Shown in pieces: positions 53,736 to 64,000 of a DNA stretch of 64,000 nucleotides. Position 1 is the stretch's first letter; each line of letters starts with the position of its first letter. Source of the stretch: Spironucleus salmonicida (lineage: Eukaryota); the NCBI RefSeq assembly GCF_000497125.1, contig NC_090597.1, positions 1,189,797 to 1,253,796 on the forward strand. Reading direction: 5' to 3'. The notes under the pieces are model-generated. The model made no database searches. It was not told the origin of the DNA and saw nothing but the letters and a program-made list of their open reading frames with translations. Both the position numbers and the translations under genes were made by a program.

Positions 53736-54443
53736 ATGGAATTTGTAACATAATTTGAAACACTAGTCAATCGCTAGTTTGACTTACTGATTGTTAGGGC
53801 TAGAAAAGTGAAAGTCACATATTATGATGTTTAAGAAGATTTAGATCATCCGCTTGACTCCATCCACCCAGTATTATAAAATGCGCGTAATGCAATTCTT
53901 TAGTTTGCAATTCAGCTTGAAGAAACGGTACGCGAATTAGAAGTCAAGAAATAGGAAATGGAGGATGCTGAGCGGGTCAAACAGGAGTTATAACAAATAG
54001 GATTGGCTGAAGCGAATAATCGTAAATTAATCTCGTTTCTCTCTTCTCGAAATAGATCTATTGTAGAATCTATATGTCCACCCAGGATCACAAGAATAGC
54101 AACTAATAGTGATATCAAGATAGATCATTCAGATATGGTGACATCACTAGGCACGGTATAAACATAGATATAAGAATTCTTGGATGGAATCTAGGCGGAT
54201 GATTTGCTACTAAAAGAGGCAATCGCCCGCGATCAGGTACTTTCAGATGAATTATATGATATTAGAAGGAGAATAGAACATTTAGATTCTGAGAATGGTC
54301 CAAAACGGCGTCTACTTAATGTTAAAAAAAAGGAAAAGGATGTTTAGACAAATATTAGAGAGAGGGCATTAGAATTGAAATAAGCTGAACGTAAATAGTT
54401 CTCACCGTTAACACGGACACGCAACACACCTAGATTTAAGTGA
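53736..54443 (+). CDS. Coiled-coil hypothetical protein (235 aa)
   Basis: Open in code 6, ends AAG TGA. Confidence 0.75.
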
Positions 54444-54884
54444 GTATTGTGGGGTATAAAGCTAAATCGTATTTAAAATAAAGATATATTAGTCATTGTG
54501 ATGAAATATAAAATTATAACTGAGTTCTTAAAATCTATATCTTCGCGATTAATGCAATTATTAGTATATATTTAATAGAATTACATGAAGTTAGTTTATT
54601 AAAATTTTGATAGGTGACATCTATGGATAATTATTTTTATAAGTTTGGTTTATTATTCTTTTAATATAGAGAACAAACTTTTAATAAAATTATTTAGTAT
54701 ATATAACTATTTTGGAAACTTCTTTAGATTACTATTTATAATTATATCAGAACAAGGTTTTGAAGGCTACGGTTTAATTAAAATTTGAGAAACCAATATT
54801 TGTTAATATTCTAATAATTAAGTCTTGGTAAATATAAATAATAATATTTTAAAAATTAAATTATTGAACACACTCACATGAAGC

Positions 54885-55127
54885 TCATTGAAATTATTTC
54901 AAAATTGCTACTAGTTCTTCTAACATACTGAAGCTAGTAGACGATGGTATTTGCTTTTCTGCTAATTTACCTTCTGATTTCATTTTATAAAATTTATTCT
55001 TCACCTATACTATAGTCATGTATTACAGAAAGTTCTGTTAAATTTTTTTATAGTTGTTATAATAATGACTATGTCCTTGTATTATTGCATCTTCTTCTTT
55101 TTATGTCCATACATGATATTCAGGCAT
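54885..55127 (-). CDS. Single-repeat Myb/SANT-like protein (80 aa)
   Basis: WTQKEEDAIIQGHSHYYNNYKKIQQNFLQYMTIVQVKNKFYKM fits the Myb W-x-x-x-E-E-D...aromatic...Q-x-K-N-K-F pattern. Confidence 0.78.
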
Positions 55128-55424
55128 TTAATTGAAATGAATGTAGATGATTAATAATAATTTATATGCTTAATTAAAATATTAATAAATAATTTATTTC
55201 TTTGAGTATAGGTATTATAATTTTTCACTTATATAATATTTATAAATTAATTTATATTTTCTACAAGTAATAATTTGTATTTAAATTATATATATTTCTA
55301 AAAATAAGTTCTGTTAACCTAGCAATCAATATATAATATTATCTATATTTTAGTTTTATTTCTAATATTTTTATCACTATTATGTGAATTTTACAATTAA
55401 TCTCAGCCACTCCAAAACCAAAAT

Positions 55425-55961
55425 ATGCCTATTGTTCGTGCGGAAGTAGCAATTTTAGGAGATGTTTAGACAGGTAAAACATCCCTTATTCATGCATTTT
55501 TAAATGAGACTCCCAAATAAATCCTTCCAACTATGCTTCCAGAAATTTACTCTAAAAAACTCCGAATCCCAGAATCTGATACACATGTTGAGCTTTACCT
55601 CTTAGATACTCCAGCGCATCCTCTAGCTTGGCAAATAACTTAAAAAGCTATTACCGACTCAACATTCCTCATTCTAACAGTAAGTTCTACCTCGAAAGAC
55701 TCATTCGATTTGTGCTCTCATTGGCTCAGGACTTTCAGGGATGCTACAATGATCGAAAAACCAAAAGGGGTTTTAGTGGTTAACTAATTTGAAGGTACGA
55801 GTGTTATGAGCGAAAGCGAAAGTCAATCTTTTGCTAAAACACTGGGGCTACACTGTGTTTGGGTTAGTGTAAACTCTGGAAAAGATGTTGACTTACCATT
55901 TGCTATGATCAGCCAATTCGCTTTTAATTAAAATAAGAGGGAGAAGGATGCTTAATAGTGA
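55425..55961 (+). CDS. IFT27: Rab-like small GTPase IFT27/RABL4 (178 aa)
   Basis: GDVQTGKT P-loop, IPESDTHVELYLLD, SFDLCSHWL, GVLVVN, VDLPF, no C-terminal prenylation Cys. CCACTCC at 55407-55413. Confidence 0.78.
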
Positions 55962-56278
55962 GGGATTTAATGTAGTTATCTGGATTTACTTTACATGATG
56001 CCAATGTGTGCCTCATAAATAGTCAATATGAGTTTATAGGCATTGTAATTGGTTTCAAATTAAACAACTAACAATAATATTAGTATACTCATAAGTTAGA
56101 TATTCTGCTTAAAACTTAATTTATAATACTGAGGAAGATACTATTTTATATAATAATGTAAGCAGCCTTGTATCTACAATTTATAAGAACCCCACCTATA
56201 TTTCTTATAAAACAATCATTACTGAGAAATTATACTTTAACTGTCAATTTCAATTTTTCACTTCTAACTAACATTTCA

Positions 56279-58582
56279 TCACTCCCCGAGCAAATCCACA
56301 CCGAATTGGCTCATCAATTCCGCGATTTTTACCTCCTTATTGTCTTCAACTAAGTGGTAAATCTCTTCGCAGATACATCCGTATTTCAAGCTGCAGCTAC
56401 CGCGCTTCACTTTAAAAGCGCTAGTTAAAAGGTCGTTTTCCACGTTAAATTCTGTGAAATCAATCAGAAAATATTTAGGAATTTAGAACCCTTTAAGTCC
56501 CTTCTTTTTGCAAAATTCAGTTAATTTTATTTACATTTGAGTATTTAATGTATTATAATCAGATACTGACAATTTTTTACCGTAGAATTAAGGAAAAGAG
56601 TATTTTAAATATACCTTATTTAAGCTAATAATACAGATTAACCACTTCATCCAAGTTTATGCCCAAATGAAGCAGTTTTCACACGAATTGTGTTTCTATA
56701 TACATAATTCGATCTCACCAAGTTACACGAACTCACCTTAGCTCAATTTGATGATATTTTTGATCCGATCGACAATTTCCAGCTCTCCGGTAATGAAATT
56801 GAACTGACCAATGTCAGCAGTAGCGAATTACTCGCCATTTTGTACGCAGTTTCCAGAAATCACTATTTCCCCGCGAGGAAACGGGAAATCGCTCACTAAA
56901 TAGTCACTTGTGCTCTTAAGCGATATTTTGACATCACTAGAAACAGGCCATCCAACGCCCTTGTAATTAGACGCCAAATAGCTCTAAACGGTACCTCCAG
57001 CGCTAGTTTCGCTCAATCCATAGCCCTGAAATAGCTTACAGTTGAAGCATATCCTGAAGAACTAACCCTGATTCTGCTAGATGGCAGCAGAGCCCGAAAC
57101 GGCGCCTCTGAGCCTCCCGCCAGTCAGGGATGTAATTTTGCTGAAGAAAAAATTAGTGAGCGGATTGAACGCGAAAGTCGTCATTTTTGAGGTCAAATCC
57201 GATGGTTTTGGGGTCTTTGCGCCGTCGAATTCGCTGTGCACGGCGTAGAAATTCGCCAAAAATTCGCGCTGTTTGGGGTGAATTTGGAGAGCGTTCAGCA
57301 CGTTTTCGATACCGAAATCGACGCCATAATGTGCCTTGAACTGCGCGTCCAATGTCGATCTGCAGGGCCTGCGGTGATCGTTCAGGATCTGAAGTTTTAT
57401 CGCCTGCTCGTTGTAGGCCTAAACTCGCAGATTCAAGCACAGTTTGAAGAGCATTCGAATCGGAAAATACGAGTTTTTGATCTTCTGGAGAATGCCGTCG
57501 TAGATCTTCTGGACGACTCTGGGGACCAGGAAAAGTGCTGTTGGGGCGCAGGACTGAATGTCATCAAGGAGTGTTTTTGCCGTGGCTGAGATGTAGCCCT
57601 GCGCGCCAATTTGGGCGAAAGCGACCGTCTGAAGAACGCGCATGTAGATATGCGCCAGAGGCATGTAGGAAATCATATAATCTTGCTGCTCACCACCCTC
57701 TAGAAGACATTATTACTGCATTGAGAGTGCGACTGCCATGAAGTTTTTGAATGTTAACGAGACAGATTTTGGCAGCGAGGTTGTTCCGGAGGTAAAAACC
57801 AGTGTATACATAGAGTTTTCAGTCACATTGTTGATGTAAATATTTTCTGGGTTGTAGTTCAAAAGTGAATGGTAGGAGCCTTTAATGAGTGTTTTAAAGC
57901 TCTCTGGGACGTTGATTTTCGGATAAATATCTGGAAGCATAACTTTATATGAGGTAGTAAAGATTTCAAGAGAAGTTGGTGCGGTATAAGTAGGTTTTTT
58001 CTCTGATTTGTAAATAGGATTCGTAAATTCAGAGTCCATCTTAAGATTGATTTTCAGTTCTTCAGGTAGTGTAAAATCCCAGCTTTATCCGCTCATCCAC
58101 TCTCTTTCTCTATATCCATCGTCAAAAACGTAGATTTAGATGTTAAATTTATTGAAAATTTCTTCAAATTTTGCTGCCTTGTCTACTTCGCAAAATATAA
58201 TTTTTACGTTAGTGTTCGAAAGGATATGTTCACAGTCTTGGTTTGACTGGGTATCATACAATGGAACTGTGATTAAGCCTAATCCTGCCGCTGCTAGGTC
58301 AAGAACTGTCCATTCGGTTCTGTTTTAACTGATAATACCTATATATTTCTCACCTTCCGAAATAACTTTTAGGCTTTACTATAAATTTGAGGCTAGCTAT
58401 AAAATCTCACTATATGAGAACCACCTGTACGAACCTCTAGCGTCAACATGATAAGTTCTTGTACCAAGGCATTTCAGGTCTGGATTCTCATTTGCTATCG
58501 ATTAGAATAAGTGAGGGAGCGTAGGGAATCTTATATCTTGTTAGTATTGTTCTTTTGGTGGTGTAAATGGTATTGGGAACAT
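56279..58582 (-). CDS. Long-chain acyl-CoA synthetase (767 aa)
   Basis: VFTSGTTSLPK, ISYMPLAHIY, VPRVVQKIYD, QGYGLSET, FATADIG, IVDRIKNIIKLSQGEFV, LLTSAFKVKR. Confidence 0.93.
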
Positions 58583-59073
58583 TTAGAGATGTATTAGGAA
58601 AGGTAAGAAAAAGTGAATATTATATCTATTATATAACATGATATAGTTTTAGGCTTAAAACCTATATTTTTACTGTAAAGGATTTCAATATATATAATTT
58701 TACCCATAAAGTATGCTGAACAAAAAAATCATACTTTCGCTTATAAGCTTTACTTATTGTAATTAACTAGTGGCATACTTGATATATTTATTAAATTGGA
58801 AATACTGTACTAAATTCTAAATTTATAACGTTGTTGAAACAATGTATAGTTGTATTAAAATATTGATATCTTCAAAGTTTATATAATGAATTATGTTTAA
58901 AAAATTATAATATTGTATTCATATTGATTCAGTGCTTTTATTTTTGATAAAACAAATAAATATAGTCAAAAAATAAAACTATCTATTTTAATACTATAAT
59001 TTTCAGTTTTATAAATTATTACCACTAATAAGTTATTATATGAAATTAAAGCTTATTAACTGGTTTCCTAAAA

Positions 59074-59616
59074 ATGAACCTAAATCTTAACTTCAAACTA
59101 CCTCCACTCACCCTACCAACACAATATTCCGATTCAAACTTTGCTCATTCTTCAGATTAATCGTCAGTAAACTATGATATTCCAATTTTAGAACCGGATA
59201 ACGCATCATTAGGTATCCCTCCTAGTGAATAATCACCTGCTGATTTCTCATGGGAAGGAAGCCGTGAAAAACTCACAGCTTCGATGATTTAAGCAGCCTA
59301 TATAGTTGTAGAAAAAGCTAATTAACTTAAGATTAAATAATAAGTAGAAGAAGAAGTTATGTAAATACGAGAGTTTTAGAATCTTAGTTTATCTATTCAA
59401 TTGACTGATTAATTGATGGAAAAGTTGAGCTAAATTTTTGCAATTGACCACACTATTAGTATCATGTTTAAGATGATTTAACTCTCAACTTCTATCAACA
59501 AAGCAGCGTAAGCAGCAATTGATGTTGATCACGCTGAAATACTATAATAGGCCATAAATGCAGTGGTTATCTATTTAGAAGCAGCACTAATATTTATTGA
59601 CTGTCTTTTTGAGTGA
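59074..59616 (+). CDS. Hypothetical protein (180 aa)
   Basis: Open in code 6, ends GAG TGA. Confidence 0.68.
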
Positions 59617-59635
59617 ATTTATTACTGAATTCATA

Positions 59636-60673
59636 TCACTTTTCTTCAACAACGGTGTCGATATCACCACTTGTTACTAAATCAGTTACAGTAGGCTCAT
59701 GTTCCCTGTCTACTGCTAATAAAACTTTCTTCCTTTACATTCTTCCTTTAACATCAATGCATTTAGTAGGGATGATAATAGCAGTTGCTACAATCATAAG
59801 AGTACTAGAAACAGCAACAGCCCATACGTTCCAATAAATATCATACGTGATGAAGACGTTGAAAGTGCATGTAAATGCTGGTTTTACCTACTTAATAGTC
59901 ATCTCATTTGATAAAGTCGTTAAAACTACGTTATCAATATTGGCTGAATAAGTTGTTGATAAATATGCTGCGAATCCTACCATATCCATAGTCCCCGTAC
60001 TACTAGCAGTCTAATATAAATTAGGTGCTGGAAGTGCGAGTGCCAGCACCACAAGCTCTCCAGCCTTAGCTCCAAGCTGCTGATTTCCAAACCATGGCCA
60101 GTATTTGGCAACTTGTGGGGGAGTAATGGGAGATTTGGACCATATACGTTCTGGAGCATCATCGTTGTATGAGTTCAAGGTAAACGCGATGGATCTCTTG
60201 AATTGTTGAGAGTCCGCATTAAAACCTACGATTTTCTGGGCAGCTAGGGGTTTTTTCGAGAAGTCCCAAGAAATTGTAGTGGAGGTGGCATTGGATACAG
60301 GCGTAGCGTCTCCAGTAGCAGGCTTGGCGGTCATATAAGGAGTGGCCGCACCACCCCAGATGGTCTGGGTGATACCGCCGATGACGAGCGGAGGGATATT
60401 ACTGCCAGTGCCAATCTTGGGAGAGTTAACAGACAGAATCACGGGGTTAGTGTCAGTATTTCTGTAGCGGATGGATACGGGGGCACGGGACAGCATGAAG
60501 CGGAAGGTGATGAGGTCCTTGCCTATATACTGGCCAATTTGCGTGTCACTTATTTATACATTATTTACCTTGACTTCCGTCTCTCCATTAAAGTAGTTCG
60601 ACAACTTACAGGACCCTTAAAACCACTGATTGGTGTTAAAGCGATCCGTGAAAGCAATAACAATAATCATCAT
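59636..60673 (-). CDS. Putative type I membrane protein (345 aa)
   Basis: Short hydrophobic N-terminus MMIIVIAF, Thr/Pro-rich beta ectodomain, TM IIWNVWAVAVSSTLMIVATAIIIP, charged tail, ends AAG TGA. Confidence 0.8.
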
Positions 60674-60840
60674 TATTAATAAATCAAAGGTATTAATAAC
60701 GATATATTATCTGTAAATAATTAAACAATGATTTGAAAATCTTTAGTAGTAATATATAATATTATAAGTAAATATAGTTATAACTCTACTAAACTAAATT
60801 AATTTATTATTGTATAATTATAGAATACAATAAATGCAAA

Positions 60841-61176
60841 ATGGGATGCGGATACATCTCATCCTTTGAGGAAGAGGTGATGTTAGTTAACAAAGGAATA
60901 CATATTCGACACATTTAATAGGGCTCCAAAGATGTCCCATTTATAGTTATTGGTTAGTAATAAGGAAACTAGGAAGATGACTAGGAACGATCATAGTAGT
61001 TATAGTAAAAAAATGGAGATGACAAGGTTTAGCTTTATTTAGATCATTAGCTTACGTAATAAGTTGTTTGGACAGATTTTGATACAAAGCATGAAGAAAG
61101 AAGCGATTCTTATGACCCTAATCTTACTAATTAAAATTAGGTAGGTCTCGGCCGAATAAATACAATATAAGAGTGA
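60841..61176 (+). CDS. Small Q/D-rich protein with MGCG N-terminus (111 aa)
   Basis: MGCGYISSFEEEV..., open in code 6, ends GAG TGA. Confidence 0.62.
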
Positions 61177-62213
61177 AAAGTCTATAGAATATTATAAGCT
61201 AAAGTTTTGGATAGTTTTAATTCCAGTATAAGATTTTATAGTGGCCTACTTACTAGATTGATTATACTTGAGACTAAACTATGATCCATATATCCAATAT
61301 ATAAGCTGTTATAAATGAATATTATTAATTGATTTATAACGAATCTAAGATAAATAAATGAAAAGCATGTGGAATATACTACATCTTGCCTGAAAAATAA
61401 TTATTTTAAGAAAATATTAATATTATTCGATTGTTTAGCGTTCTCAATTACAGGTTAAATATAATGTCAAATAATGTTATAATATGTAATATTTTAACGC
61501 AAAACTAAACTAAATCCATTAGTTTACGTTAATAGTATGCAATGTTTGTAAATTGCAAGTTATATACTAATTATTTGATTAATAAAGCTAATTACTATTT
61601 ACTACCTTTGATTTTACTAATTTTTACAATTTAAGTATATTTATTTTAATTTAATTCTTAGCAATATATTATAAAATCATATATAGTGTTAAAAAGTTGT
61701 ATAATTGATATTACTTTTATCTCTCAATCAGTATTTTTATTAACCCTACATTAGGAATTTTCCTTGTAGATGTTACTAATGACTATAGAAATTGAAATTT
61801 TCGCCTGAACTTTAATCTAAGATAATAAATTTTACAATATTAATTAACCAGACACTTAATTTTCTAAATGTCGGAAAAAGACAAATATACCTATTGCACT
61901 TATGCATGACAAAAGACGAATTACATTTAATAGTATTTCAAAAATAAAAATTACTGTTTTTGCTATTTTTATTTATATTTTTATACTAGAAATACTTATT
62001 TTTCTATAAGTTTCACAAATTCTTAATTTTGTTATTATTCATTGAATACTGATTTAAATTTCATAATAAACTTTTACTTACAAAAACTATCTAAATATTT
62101 TTATATAATATATAAATTCTTAAATATAAATTGTTTCAAAAACTAAAACTTGTCATTATATACTAATTTTATTTCTATAAGTAAAAACAGATTTGATTTC
62201 ATTCCTTCTACAA

Positions 62214-63425
62214 ATGGACTATTATGAAACAGTTGATATTTAGTCTATATCCAAGCTTATTCATGGCACAAAGAAGGGGTTATTTTTAGGTTTTAATGCA
62301 ATCAGCAAAATAAATGACATTTTGGACGATATGAAACCATCTTGCGTTGGTTTTGTCACCTCCCCAGGCGCGTACAAAAAATGTGGAGTATGGGAGCCAA
62401 TAATGGAAGCCCTTAAAACCAGAAATATTTCATACTTGCATTATGACAAGATAATGACGAATCCCACCACGGAGGTTGTAGATGAAGCTGTGGCACTTTT
62501 CAAGCCCAAATACGATAAGAACTTCCTAGTAATTTCTATCGGTGGTGGTTCTCCAGGTGACTCCGCAAAATCCATTGCAGTGCTCCTTGCACACGCTGAT
62601 AAGAACTGCAGGTAGCTATACAAGTTCGAATTTGCACCAGAAAAGCGAGCAAACCTTGTCATGGTAAATGTTACACACGGTACTGGAACCGAATGCGACC
62701 AGTTCGCAGTCGTATCCATTTTGACTGGCGAAAAACATCCGTACAAACCCGCACTCGCATCTCCAGTTCTCTACCCCGATTACGCTATTGATGACATAAA
62801 CGCCATGCTCTCCATGTCTGCTGATATGGTCAGATTCACCTCCATAGACGCCCTGAATCATGTTACAGAGGGTGCAACGACCACTGTAGCCACGCCATAC
62901 AGCAGAACGCTAGCCTCAGAAGTCTGCTACCTCGTGCACAGGTATCTACCTGTTGCCCTTAAGGACATGAAGAATCTGCGCGCCCGCTACTGGCTTACGT
63001 ATGCCGCTGTGATCGGAGGAATGTGCTTCGACGAGTCCCTGTTGCACCTAACTCACGCGCTCGAACACACACTCAGCGCTGTGGTCCCCACACTCACTCA
63101 CGGGCAGGGCCTTGCCTTGATCCAACCCGCCGTGATCCGTCACATTTGGAGTGCTGCTGGCCCGGTACTAATGCATGTTTTCAAGCCAATCTACGGCGAA
63201 ACGATGCTCACTGCGCAGCAGGCCTTTGACAAAATGCGTGCATTCCACGTTTCGGTCGGATTTTCTGGAAACCTAACTGGTATAGGGATTTAGAAATCTC
63301 AGATAGAGTACTTGCTGGAGTGCACTGTGAACTGCCCTGGAATGGCCGGGCTTATCGCATTGAGCCCAGTTCCTTGCGACAACGAAGGCATTAAGCGCAT
63401 TTTCGAAGCTGCATTTTTTGAGTGA
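62214..63425 (+). CDS. Iron-containing alcohol dehydrogenase, prokaryote type (403 aa)
   Basis: GGGSPGDSAK, THGTGTE, and metal ligands in DALNH, LHLTHALEH and THGQG. Confidence 0.93.
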
Positions 63426-63450
63426 CCGAATTCAAATTAAATTTGATTTT

Positions 63451-64000
63451 TCACTTTTTCTATTGCTTCTTTGCGCTTTTTCCTCTTTTATCCTTAGAAA
63501 CTATGCCGTTTGTGCTGTTTTTCAGGTCCTCCATAGCGATTTCTTTAGCAGTTTCTCGGTCAAACTTTTCGATTAGCATGCTCTGTAATTTCATCATTAT
63601 GTCTTCATTTAGAGGTTTCTAGAGTTCCGCAATACGGGTTTTGAACGTTTCTGACGTTATCGATGAAGTTTGAAGAGGGAGTGGATAATTGATTTCAGTT
63701 TGAATTCTTTAATTAGGCGTTGGTGGCAATTGCTAATTTATATTTTTTGTTTAAAAATCATCAAATATTTTAGGTAGAATTTAGTCAATTGCGTGTCGGA
63801 TTTCGAAGCCTAAATTGCTAGCAATTTCACTGGACAAGATTCCAATCTAATCTTTTATCATCACGTTAATTTGTTACTTCATTTTCTGCTCAAACACATT
63901 CTAGTTTTGAGAAATTTCTGTAATTTTTTAATTTTATTATTACTATATAGTGTCTACTGATTATGTATTTTATTTTCCGTTTTAAATTTCTGAAATTTTT
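63451..64000 (-). CDS. 3' part of a coiled-coil hypothetical protein (5' end beyond the window)
   Basis: K/E/Q-rich frame ending AAG TGA at 63451. Confidence 0.65.

Noticed and set aside
56156-56569. + strand open frame
   Set aside because: Antisense to the conserved C-terminus of the acyl-CoA synthetase.

Overview
Eukaryotic, gene-dense, AT-rich DNA with no detected introns. TAA/TAG encode Gln and TGA is the only stop (translation table 6), so the supplied ORF track fragments almost every gene; I re-read the genes by hand. This code, a CCACTCC motif just upstream of start codons and an AGTGA signal overlapping the stop together point to a hexamitid diplomonad such as Spironucleus (inference). 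About 45 CDS and one tRNA-Thr(UGU) are supported. Recognisable genes are ClpB/Hsp104, two SLC35F6-like transporters, a divergent histone H2A, eIF5, cytosolic MDH, Nop4/RBM28-like, an amino-acid permease, a LisH protein, dynein roadblock/LC7, annexin, a single-repeat Myb, IFT27, long-chain acyl-CoA synthetase and a prokaryote-type Fe-ADH. Four observations stand out. (1) A duplicated head-to-head module of an orphan polytopic membrane protein (GC-rich homogenised core) and a small EGF-like single-pass protein. (2) A 1611-aa protein with an MGCG acylation motif, built from 675-bp tandem repeats of degenerate EF-hand pairs. (3) An H2A with H2A.Z-like signatures. (4) An apparent +1 frameshift at an A8 run, ending in an ATGA overlap. 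All translations were done by hand and no database search was run.
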